Shown here in pieces: positions 9,854 to 20,365 of a stretch of DNA of 38,804 nucleotides. The stretch comes from Folioceros fuciformis (Eukaryota). The stretch lies in assembly GCA_049999805.1 (NCBI GenBank), contig JBNGIO010006094.1:56503-95306 (forward strand), written 5' to 3'. Every line of letters starts with the position of its first letter. Positions within the stretch are counted from its first letter, which is position 1. The translations under genes and the position numbers were made by a program. The notes beneath the pieces are model-generated. The model worked only from the letters and a program-made list of their open reading frames with translations, searched no databases and was not told the origin of the DNA.

Positions 9854-12800
9854 CTACACCTGTCCCTGGAGGTAACTAGATCGTAAGCGCTCGCGAGTTG
9901 CTACCGACCGCACAAGTTGCCTCCATCGTAGAACCGCCTGCTCTTTTAGCCTCACACGTAGGACATGCGCCCGTAGCCTCTCTTCCTCGCAATATGCCTG
10001 CAAGGTCAAGGACGTTTAAGAACATCAAGCAGTGCTGAAAAGGTGGTGCATAAGGACGACAAAAAAGCCAAAGGTTTCCAATTCAACAGGCGGATACTTA
10101 CTTCAAGAAGGGTTGCCTGGAACTCTTTGCACACTACAATACCATCAAACTTAGGCAGAGACCGGCCCTTCTGTACTTCAAACCCAACAAAAGCAGGGGC
10201 ATAGTCCACTCCGAGCCGTCTCGCCACTGGTACAAGACGAGGATATCGGAGATGGACAGTCCCTGCAGGAAGACACTTTTCTGACCACACATCAATTTGC
10301 CCTCGATCGTTCTGCAGATAATAGACATTCGAGACTAAGTCAGCGAGCACAATGTGCCTACAAATCCAGTAGTAAACACAAGGAAACACATGATCACATG
10401 CATGAAAATCCTAACCTTGGGCACCACTCCATCTGCTGCTGGGGGTGGACTCCAACACTCAGTTTGCCATCTACCGAACAGTGATACAGTACAATCAACC
10501 ATCTTACTCTTCTCCTCTTTCCCAGCTAAATGGGACCTAGCCACCACCTGCTTGCAGACAGGTGTCAATTTTCTTGGTTCCTTGGTATCTTTCGTTAACC
10601 ACGACATCCAAAGATGAAAGTGGAGGGAACAAGACCTTGTAAGGTGCTTCACCAGATACCACACTCCGGCACTCTCTAAGCCAATGTTCAGCAGTGTGCA
10701 ATGTCTTTACACAAGACCGTGGATAAACAGGTTGTCCAGCACAGTAACCCAGTACTGGACCTTTTGGGTAAAGTGCCTGGTACTTTGTAAGCCATTTTTC
10801 CAACACATAAAGATGATGGTTCTTGTACACCTGGTCAACTTAACGTGAGGTACCATAAAGCAAGCAAGAGTAAGGTGACTCCGTGACAAGGCAGGACAGT
10901 GATACCTGCTGTCTGGTTGGTAACGGTTCCATGAATACCCTCGTCTCCAGCTCAATATCCTCCATGACACCACGATCTGCCAAATCTCCCCTGCAGTCCA
11001 CCTTATGCAATTCTCCACATGCAGACTGACACTTCGGTGGTTGCTGGCAGGGACTGATACAATTTATAAGCTGAGGTCCAGCTGAAACATAATTTGTACC
11101 AGAAAGCCCGTTTGCCTTCGTGGAGAGGGTGCCATCTGGACTTGCGTTGACACCTGTGCTCTGATCCGAACCAGACCTCGTTCTCGCGGCCCATGACACC
11201 TGCTGATTAACAAAGCAGCTAGTGGCTGCTGCTTCAAGACACTTTAGTGGGCGAAAGCTGACATCCAACCATTTTTCATCCACTCGCAGAGGCATAACCA
11301 GCGACCACAATGACACATACCTGCAAGCTATAGAGAGAGTGAGCAAAAGGCAGGCATGTCACAGATTGCTAATGAGCGTGATAACCTGTCAAAAACCCAA
11401 GCTAGATTACCTCTTAGTCAGATCCTTAGCTCCAAAGCCAGCAAAAGCAACCACATATCGAAGAGGTAGACGGCACGCCACGGCAGCTGCCCTGACCTCA
11501 TTAATGCCATCAACTATCCCTTTCCCCGCATCGACATGTACCCATCTCCCTGCAACCCCTTCACTGCCGCAAAAAATCNNNNNNNNNNNNNNNNNNNNNN
11601 NNNNNNNNNNNNNNNNNNNNNNNNNNNNNNNNNNNNNNNNNNNNNNNNNNNNNNNNNNNNNNNNNNNNNNNNNNNNNNAGATATGCTAGGGCCAGGCCCT
11701 TGCTTCTGTGGTTCACCCACAAGAGGGGGCGATTCACGTGCTGCCTTCGACAGCTCAGCAACAGCAGCTGTTGCGCTCATGGCCATGGCCAAATCACGCT
11801 CTAACTCAAGATGTCCTTTTGTATTAGCATGATCTCTTCCAGGCTGACGTTTTGCTAAAGAAGAACTGGCAACGTTTTCAAAATGAGATTGAAACCCCTG
11901 GACACCTGTTTCATCTTTAGATATGGCCTTTCCAAGAGTATTCGGAGCATGGATTCTAACGCATTGCTCACTCAATCTCCGAACCTTTCTGTGTCCACCG
12001 CGTTTCGACTGCCTACAAATGCCATGACTCTGTTCACCGTTTGGTGCCAAGCTAGACTGAAATAGATGATCTATCTCAGTTGGCTCAGGTTCACTGTCAC
12101 CCAAAGAGCATTCCGAGGAAAACTGAGAAAGGCTTGCCAGTTGCGCATGTGTGTCATTGATCACGGGGCCAAGACTTCTTGGGTCACACTTCCGTGGTTC
12201 CCAGTCTAGAGTAGCATCTAGGAAGTCCGCATCAGGCTTCAAAGGCCCTACATCTAAGACACACACATACCTGACTGATTCCAAACCAGTGTCAGATGCC
12301 ATAAATTCAGATGGGGGAAACCAAATGAAGTAGCCGGACAGAAGTAATACTGGATGTAAAGTGACTCAGCTTGCTCATATGACTAGAGCAGCACCTGGTG
12401 GTAAATCCTAGGCAGCGAAACAGTGCAACAGATAGCGCAGTAACCTGCATGGACTCGTAACGTCAACAACGTTTATCAAGAGAATGCCCGTACAAGTTTT
12501 CGAGATGAAACTTGAGAAAAAACACAAACAGCCCATCAGAACAGTTTGGCCATAGTAGAATGTCATGAGACTTAGTCTGCACGCGATGCTACTCACAGAC
12601 GCAAGATGAAAAAAAAAGGTGTCAGCCTGTCCGTGTAACTATATCAACGACAAATGTCTTTGAGCCGAAGGAGAGTACCTCCTCTGCAGTGCCAGCTCGT
12701 TCGGCGAAGGACCTTCTCAACTTTGAAATGAAACCTTCCTTGCTGTCCAACTTACTCTTGTCTGCTGAGAGAACCTGGAAATTGTTCCGAAACTGGACAC

Positions 12801-13675
12801 AACCGACAACAAAGCAGACAAGACCCTAACAACGTCGTGAAACTTGTGTTGACAACCAGACGACATTCTTCAACGCTTTATGACACGAAAGGGAAACGTG
12901 AAAAGGGGAAAACTCCTCTACCCAACAACACCGTTGCACTTAAACAACTGCTCACCCAGGCTACCAGAGGTGACACACTCTTCACACTGACAACATCAGC
13001 AACGATGGTTGGAATAAGATCGCGGGGAAGAATGGACAGCAGAGACGCCTGCAGTAAATACGTGCTTAACAGCAGAAAGCCGAGGTATCGTATCTCCCAA
13101 AACGAGGATACCCTTCAGACAACGAGAATGGACTAAACCAAAAATCTGTTGCCATTCAATTACACAAATTCAAGCCTACCTGTAGGAGAGGATCCGAGCA
13201 AGCAGCATCCACAAGCCGCCCCCTGGCCAGCAGGCAGAGGAGGTGAGCCTTGTGCACTAACAAGCACAACTCCTGCACAGCAAAAGCGGAATCTGATTAG
13301 ATTGATGCAATGTAGGTTCCGGGACCTAAAAGAGCGATGTTAAATTGCCTTGTCTTTGGCCGTGGCTCTCCTGGCCGTTGGCTTTGACCCCGAAAACACC
13401 CGATGCTCTTCCAGGTTCACATCAACGTGCCCATTCCAGGCAGAGATCTCCTCAACGAGCTCCAGCGTGTGATGAGACGACTTTTCAAACTCTGCACCAC
13501 TTTCATCCTCTTCCCACTCAAACTCCTCATCGCTTGGCCTGTCGCGCGCATCATCATGAGTCCGGCAGTCAGTCTCGCCCCCCAGCAGCTGATTCGGTAC
13601 GAAACATTCTCCGTCCTGTGACTCCGGCGTCGAGATGACGCTGCAGTGACGCTGGGAGCCGTCAGAGTCCACCAT
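9854..13675 (-). CDS. RAD4: DNA repair protein RAD4/XPC, at least 11 coding exons
   Basis: Exons 13675-13349, 13272-13180, 13048-12956, 12792-12679, 12444-12395, 12270-11411 (contains N gap), 11320-10906, 10830-10636, 10547-10416, 10311-10102 and 9997-9854 join in phase (frame across the gap not checkable). Motifs: RATAKDK, VHKAHLLCLLARGRLVD, GRWVHVDA, YVVAFAGFGAKDLTKRY, EPLPT, YKNHHLYVLEKWL, LFGRWQT, DYAPAFVGFE, RWRQLV..RERL. First and last exon limits uncertain. Confidence 0.95.
11579..11678. other. Assembly gap (100 N) inside a RAD4 exon
   Basis: Run of N; it hides the expected WxE that precedes IFCGSEG. Confidence 1.
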
Positions 13676-13919
13676 ACCGCACGGCAGGCTTAACTAGCAA
13701 ACTCCTGGTGTAAGACCTAGTTTGCATAGCATGTGACGAAGAAGTCTCTTAAATGTACTGGAGTTTGATGGAAATGATGGAAATGTCCAATCATGGTACT
13801 TGCTCCTTTGGACACCACGTAGCGTGCCGGTGCTAGCACCAAGCGTATCACTCATGTAGGCACCTTACTGATGTCCATTTATTTTAGAAAAATAAGATGA
13901 AAAACCTTGCGGAGGGAAG

Positions 13920-15890
13920 AACTTGACTTTCTCTTTGAACACATGATTAGAAGCTCCGCTGTCTAGAAACCACTTCTGACAGGCTTTCGTAGAAGAAGTG
14001 AGACATGCCACCAGTAGACCAGGGGTAGAAGGGGTAGAAGCCCTAACTGTATGAGTTTCTGTTTGCCTGCCTCTTGCACTCTCATCTTTGACTTTCTTCC
14101 TATAGTCCTCTATCCAATGACCTGACTTCCCACAGTAGTTGTAGTTTCCAGGCTTAGAAGTAGAGTTGGAGGATAACTAACCAGAGGGTGACGAGGATGA
14201 CATAGCTTGTCCTCTACCCTTGCCATAACCACCTCTACCTTTCCCCCTACCTCTACCACGTCTTCTCCCCCTCCCTAAAAACAAGGTTGTATCACTCTGT
14301 TTATGTGGAGCAAGAGACGAGGAAGAACTACCCTTCATTTGTTTTCTATTGGCTTCAAATTGCAGTAAGGCTCCTACAACCTTTTGTACAATAAGGTTAG
14401 AAGTTGCTAGGGTAGATGTTGTGGCAGGTGTGACTGTTGCTGATGTTTGCAGACTTGAACTAAAGTATTCATAGCTGGAAGAAAGAGAAAGTAACAGTTG
14501 TACTGCTGCTCTTGATTTTGAGATGATCACTCCACAGGAAGTAAGTCTGGCTCTCAAAGCCCTGAACTTGGAAACGTGACTCTCAACAAAGTCACTCTCT
14601 CTCATGCGAAGTGTCTGATACTGCAGTGTGGCTGCCTCTACTACCATATCCTTAGTGTCATAAGTCTCTGATAGCAATGACCAGATCTCGTTTGAAGTCT
14701 GCGTCATTCTTATATGAGGTATCAAATCTTGAGACACGGAAGCCACAAGTATATTTCTTGCCTTCCTATCCTTAGAATTCCATTCTAACTCATCCTTTTG
14801 TGTCCACTTGTGCACCGTGCCGCTAGGTGTAGGGGGACCAGAGGGCTGGCCAACAACTTTCTTTGGTACGGACCCATCAACAACGTCCATCAGAAGCTTC
14901 TCATCAAGGACGCAACGCACCCTAAAATTCCAGGCATCGAAATTATGTGAGGTTAGACGATCCTTCTCCTGCAGTCTTTCAGATCCAGAGTTAGGATTAG
15001 ATGACCCCATGATGCCTATAAATCACAACTTTTGACTCAAAGAGGAACAACTGATAGGCGAGCAAACTGCTCCCTGAGACCGTCTATGTCCTATTCTTGC
15101 TTAGCTATCGTCATGAGATCAATCGACCTTTGGCTCTCAAGTCGATCATGTCTTGATTGCAGATTGTCAGCATGAGTAGTGTACTCCAACAACATGCTTC
15201 TCACATTCAAAATGAAATTCAAAATAGCATCACGCTCTAAAAATTTCTCCACGTATGGCTTAGCATTACTAGAATGTAGAAGACTTGAGGACGATAAACA
15301 AGAGTGCTAATCTCTGTTGGCAGATTTTCTCCTTTGAAATTGCTCAAATTGTGAGTCTGAATCGAGGTCTTCTTGTGCAATTACTTGTGAGTTAACAAGA
15401 ACTCTGAGGAATTGAGCCCGCTTTGCTTGCTCTACTGGGGACACTCCTTTCTTGAAAACTTTCCTTTCGAATTCAGTCTGCGCTGAATGTCTGGATTTTC
15501 CCCTCTCAAAATTTGGCGAGGATTGCCTGAGGGAATTCCTTCAAGGCATCCTCGCTTCCCCTAGAGACTAGGATTTCAACAACGCAGAGGATGTGTGCAC
15601 TCCCATTATAGAAACACAAAATGGCTAGAGTCGAACAAGAACAAACAAAAGTACAATCCACAACGTGGCTCTGATACCATAATACATTTGTGGAGATTTG
15701 ACCAAGAGATCGCACGCACGGCTAGACTCACAAAAGAACTGATCACATTACGATGGCGGCACAGAAGGATATCTGATCCAAGTCCCATGAACGGTTACAA
15801 CCGTTATTTAATTGTCGTTTAGGGTTTCTCATAAATAACTAACTCTTGGTATATAACAATGAACAACTAACTTATCCTTATTTCTCAACA
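13920..15890 (-). mobile_element. Truncated copia D (5' LTR, PBS, gag, start of protease)
   Basis: PBS TGGTATCAGAGCC (15679-15667); candidate LTR 15689-15890; protease WFLDSGASNH at ~13945-13975; no integrase, RT or 3' LTR. Confidence 0.87.
14080..15010 (-). pseudogene. gag: gag of copia D
   Basis: LQEKDRLTSHNFDAW, MRESDFVESHVSKFR, RG-rich tract; stop at 14177; knuckle decayed to YNYCGKSGHWIEDY. Confidence 0.88.
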
Positions 15891-18223
15891 ATAAGAAACG
15901 ACCCCTAGATGAGGCAGGTCATGGACTTAGGCTAGTAAATAAGGGAGTTGTGACTCAGCAACGGTCGGGGAAGGTGAAGCACCGTCGTGGAAGGGACAAC
16001 TGGTGGTGGAACTTCGGCAGGTAGTTGAAGCTCAATGACGGTCGCGGAAGGGGCAACCGGTAGTGGAAGCTGGTGGCAGTCGTAGAAACGAGACGGCCGT
16101 CGGCGGATGAAAACCCTAAAAGGGTAAGGTCAAACGGAGAAGCAGGTCCATGACTGAGGTAGTGAGAGCCCCTACCGGTAGAGGAGAGACGACGCCGGTA
16201 GTGGGAAGCTCTACCCCGGTTGGGGAACAACAAGGGTTGCGGAATCAACAACCTTGGTTGTTGAAACCCCTACCTACACCAGGAGGACTGGAATGGAAAT
16301 AACTGCAGCCAGAGTGACAGGGGGCACTCCAGCATCCTAGGAGNNNNNNNNNNNNNNNNNNNNNNNNNNNNNNNNNNNNNNNNNNNNNNNNNNNNNNNNN
16401 NNNNNNNNNNNNNNNNNNNNNNNNNNNNNNNNNNNNNNNNNNNTGGTTGCATCTTAAAATAGTATTTATATAAGATTTGGCAAGATGCTATCTTGATCTG
16501 GTGCCACCTGCCATTAAGGATATCTTTTCAAAGTTGACTGTGTTTAGAACTAGACTTTATGGTGGGTTGTGGCTCCCGCTCTTGGAAACTCTGTACAAAG
16601 GGGCCTGTTGGTGCCTCTCTGATTAGCAAATGTTGGAGACACTTCCCGGTTGAGATCCCCTACGCCGTCCATGGCTGGATTGGAGATGTCTGAGTGGGCA
16701 GTGAGTGCGAGACGCTCCTATGGGTGGTCAAGAGCTTTTGCTCCATAGCTGGTAGTGAGGGGGACAAATCTGCCTGTTGCGTAGAGTGGAAGGAGAGCCT
16801 CTCCTTCCCTTATTCCCTGAACGGCAAGTTGTGTTCTGCGGTGAGTGGTGAGGGGGATGAATCCACCAGCTGCGTGGAGTGGAGGGAGAGTTTCTCCTTC
16901 CCTTATTCCCTGAACTATTGGCTACATTTTGAATCTGTAGTTGAAGAGCGTGTGTGAGAAGAGGAGGAGCTGAAGTGTGGATGAAGGAGTGAATGGAGAA
17001 GGAGAAGAAGGCTGAAGGAGTAAGTGACTGGAGAAGGAGAAAGAGGCTGAAGGAGTGAGAGAAGAGAGGAGTGAGTGAGGACTGATTGTGGTCCGTAGCT
17101 GAGGAGAGGGGGACGAATCCACCTGTTGCGTGGAGTGGAGGGAGAGTTTCTCTTTCCCTTATTCCCTGACCATCAATTGCGTTTTGAATTTGGTGAGGAA
17201 GAGAGAGCTGAGAGACTTAGGAGAACCTTGGAAGATTGCTGTAAGATTGGTAGAGAACTAAAGAATCGCTGAGAAATTGTTGGGAGAGACTGCTGAAGCT
17301 TGAACGAGATTGCTCGGGGATTTCTGAGGAATTCTTCGACGTTTGTGGAGAACGGTTGAAGAGTGTGGAAGCCTGTAAGGAGATGTGAAGGATCACTGAG
17401 GAATTGCTAAGGTTGCTGGAGAACTGAAAAAACGGCTGAGAAGTTGCTTGAGGAAGAGTGCTGAAGATTGGATGCGAATCTTGGAGAATTTCTGAGAGAG
17501 TCTGGAGTGTTTGTGAGCGGCTGTTGGAGATTGTTGAAGCTTGTGAGGGATTGTGAGGAGTGGTGAAGGATTATGAAGGATTCGTTGGAGATTGGTGGAC
17601 ATTGCTGGAGATTGAAGGCCCTTGAGGGGCAGGCCTGTGAGGAATAGCTGTGAACCAGAGCTCTTGTGTGTCTTGCGTGTGAGGAGAGTGTTGCATGTGT
17701 ATGTGGGGAGGTGTGGCTGATCCGCGAGGTCTTGTTCCCCAAGGATCAGCACTTGCATGTGTGGAAAGCATTGAATAAGCCTAGATCTGTGAGTCTGGAA
17801 GACCCTGGGCAGAAACCCACGGTAGCGCATGCGCCGGAATTTAATTAGTTAGGGTTTTGGGTGGGACCCACCACAGTCGTGGAACCCACTACCGATAGTG
17901 GAACCTTGTACCGGTTGTCGAGAAGTCAGTAGTTGTAGAGGCCCCTACCTCGGTGGCGGAATGAGTCTTGGAGCTGTAGAGTTGCGTTCGGGGTAGCTAA
18001 GCCAGCTGAGGGGTAGTAGTGGCTAACCTTGTAGGAAGTTGAATTGGTAGGTAGTAGGGTCGTAGTGGTAGACCAGGACTGATCTATGTAAGAGTTAGTT
18101 TTAAGAAGAAGCCTGTGTTACTTGGCACAAATCATTCCCTTGGGAGCGAATCCCACGGCTACAACGACATAGAGGGTTTGTGTGGACCTCGCGGTACCCC
18201 CGAGTACAATATTTTCCCTCACA
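15891..18223 (+). repeat. 5' LTR of Ty3 element G (left end uncertain)
   Basis: Ends CA three bases before the PBS; purine-rich with internal repeats; 3' end homologous to the solo LTR at 36016-37342. Confidence 0.7.
16344..16443. other. Assembly gap (100 N)
   Basis: Run of N. Confidence 1.
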
Positions 18224-18226
18224 TTT

Positions 18227-18244
18227 TGGCACCGTTGCCGGGGA
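18227..18244 (+). promoter_or_regulatory. Primer binding site, tRNA-Asp type
   Basis: TGGCACCGTTGCCGGGGA, one mismatch to the Athila-type TGGCGCCGTTGCCGGGGA. Confidence 0.85.
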
Positions 18245-18346
18245 ATGAACTGCTGTCAAGAACATAGGTAGAAGCAACTAATACTTGAATAGAGAGTCTA
18301 GACAGAGTAGCCTGAATAGAGAGTCTAGGTAGTGATAGGTTGATGG

Positions 18347-19017
18347 ATGCCTCAGGTGAAGACAAGCGACTCTGAACCTGATCCTACAGAACCACCGTTG
18401 GTAAAGCGGCAATGCTAGGCAGCGGAGAGGTTGTAGGGGGTTGCCAGAAGGTCGCAATGGGAGAGCACACTTGCTGGACGAGGAAGAGGGACAAGGAGCC
18501 AGCCTAGAACTGAAGGTCAGATTTCATTTGAGTTAGAACTGCAACTTTCGGGTTTGGAGGAGGTATCTGGGCTTAGGTACCCCGATCCAAGCCCGCTGGT
18601 TGATCTCCATTCAAGATGGCCTCGCTCAACTTCAGCCCAGACACATTTTGTGGGTGTTCAAGTCAGTTCAGGCGCGGTAGTTGCATTTGCTACTACGGTT
18701 GCTGAAAGCACTACCGCGGTAGCTATGACTACTACTCCAGTAGCTGTAACCACTGAGCAGCCTTACCCACACTGTATGGGGAAAGGAAGGGTTACGAGGA
18801 TCCTGATGACTTTGTCGAGCATTTTGAGCAGCTGACCATTGCCAACCAGGAGGCAGGGGATGCGCAACGTGCTCGGCTATTCTATGGAGTCTTGCGTGGA
18901 GCTGCAGCCAAGGGGTACAAGCGGGAGTACCTCAAGTCGGCCACACTTCCAACCACCTTCGAAGCATTGAAGAGAACTTTCTATGAGAGGTTTCGAGGAG
19001 TGGATGTTGAGAGATAC
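18347..19017 (+). pseudogene. gag: Ty3 gag, N-terminal part
   Basis: DPDDFVEHFEQL...LRGAAAKGY...TFEALKRTFYERF retrotransposon-gag pattern; stops and a frameshift; start approximate. Confidence 0.8.
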
Positions 19018-19288
19018 TGAAGAAATAAATGTTAATTATGGATAAGTGTTGACTCATGCTTGGATTTAGGGTTACCTTAGTTTAAATATATCTATGTAAA
19101 AATTAGGTCTAGTCACCTAATACCCTTTCTGAAAGGTTGTGACTCTTAGGAGTTCACGTGATGCTTAGTATCTCATCACTTGATTTAATTATAAGTCAGT
19201 TTTCATATACACAATAACAATAACAATAAATATATATACAATGTAATTGTTCAATTTAATTCATTTGTCAATTTCACATAATTCTTCA
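19018..19288 (+). repeat. 5' LTR of copia E
   Basis: TGAAGAA...TTCTTCA, a direct repeat of 25991-26261. Confidence 0.98.
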
Positions 19289-19301
19289 TGGTATCAGAGC
19301 C
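19289..19301 (+). promoter_or_regulatory. Primer binding site, tRNA-iMet
   Basis: TGGTATCAGAGCC abutting the LTR. Confidence 0.97.
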
Positions 19302-19654
19302 ATGATAAATGTAGATGCATCTAGAATGCACACACAAAATTTTGCATAAGAAAATATGCAGAAAAAAGTGTTTTATTGTTGTTTTGAATAGTAAAATGTT
19401 CTTGAAAAGGAATTTTTAAATAAATATCAATAAATGAATTTTGTGTTGTTTTTCTTTGAAAATCTATACAAATTCTTGCTAAATTAGGTAGCCATTCTAA
19501 CGTACATTCATTGAATTGCTCCTTTGAGCAATTGCGATGAACATACACTAGAATAGCTGCCCAATGGGCAAGGTTATATATAGAAAAATACAAAAGAAAT
19601 ATAAGATGTAGAGATTCTCCACTTATAAAGCACAAATCATTCTTGTCTTTGCAA

Positions 19655-20365
19655 ATGGCCAATTACGATGGTCATCAGCACAGGCGCCTATGCCCTGCCG
19701 AGAGGATTCCAAATCTTGATAGGCTAAGAGTCAATAATACACTAACAATTGCATCCCAACTATATCAAGGCGTCCTAGAATGGAGCCAAAGAAATCAGAC
19801 TCAGCCTATGCTAATTGCAGATCTTAGAGATGCTTTCAATACACTCATTGAAGCACTCTACCCACAAGAGTCAAATTTAATGTTCACTCTTCCTCCTAGA
19901 AATCCACTGAATTTGCCTGAATTGCGCATACGAAGGGTTTTTTATGGAAACGGGCAGCCCCGTGGCTTCATCACTACTCATGTAGCCCCACACACAAGTG
20001 TTAACACAATAATCGATCGCATAGAGGCAAACAATAGAATAGTGGACACACGTTGCACACAGATTAATGGACACTTGTCTACAGTAAGCGTTGACTTACA
20101 GGATCTGAAAGAGCAAATTGCACACATGGATTCCAAGCTATTGATGCTGTTGAAGCCTGAGTTACTCAAAAATCCAGTATTCAGAGGCACAACCTGTAAG
20201 CATGCCAGTAAGACAAATCGTGCGCGAAGTTGTAGCTCACCTAACTCGTGTCCATCCTGCTCCACATATTGTTTTAATAAGTACAAAATAAGGAGCTTCA
20301 AGATTGCAGCTACGAGGATGATCTGGGATCAAAATCTGCAGCGCCAGAACCAACAAGCATTATGA
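19655..20365 (+). CDS. Extra 5' ORF (ORF0) of copia E, 236 aa, unknown function
   Basis: Uninterrupted ORF, CAAATGG start context, heptad segment LSTVSVDLQDLKEQIAHMDSKLLMLL, Cys cluster CSSPNSCPSCSTYC; its stop overlaps the gag ATG (ATGA). Confidence 0.7.
   Translation: MANYDGHQHRRLCPAERIPNLDRLRVNNTLTIASQLYQGVLEWSQRNQTQPMLIADLRDAFNTLIEALYPQESNLMFTLPPRNPLNLPELRIRRVFYGNGQPRGFITTHVAPHTSVNTIIDRIEANNRIVDTRCTQINGHLSTVSVDLQDLKEQIAHMDSKLLMLLKPELLKNPVFRGTTCKHASKTNRARSCSSPNSCPSCSTYCFNKYKIRSFKIAATRMIWDQNLQRQNQQAL

Noticed and set aside
5949-13675. RPA-like gene next to RAD4/XPC as a nucleotide-excision-repair gene cluster
   Set aside because: The OB gene is transposon cargo inside the TIRs and RAD4 is outside them. 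One adjacency is best explained by chance insertion.
16758-17170. CRISPR-like repeat array
   Set aside because: Only three ~60-bp degenerate units with very uneven spacing inside a eukaryotic LTR; no cas genes.
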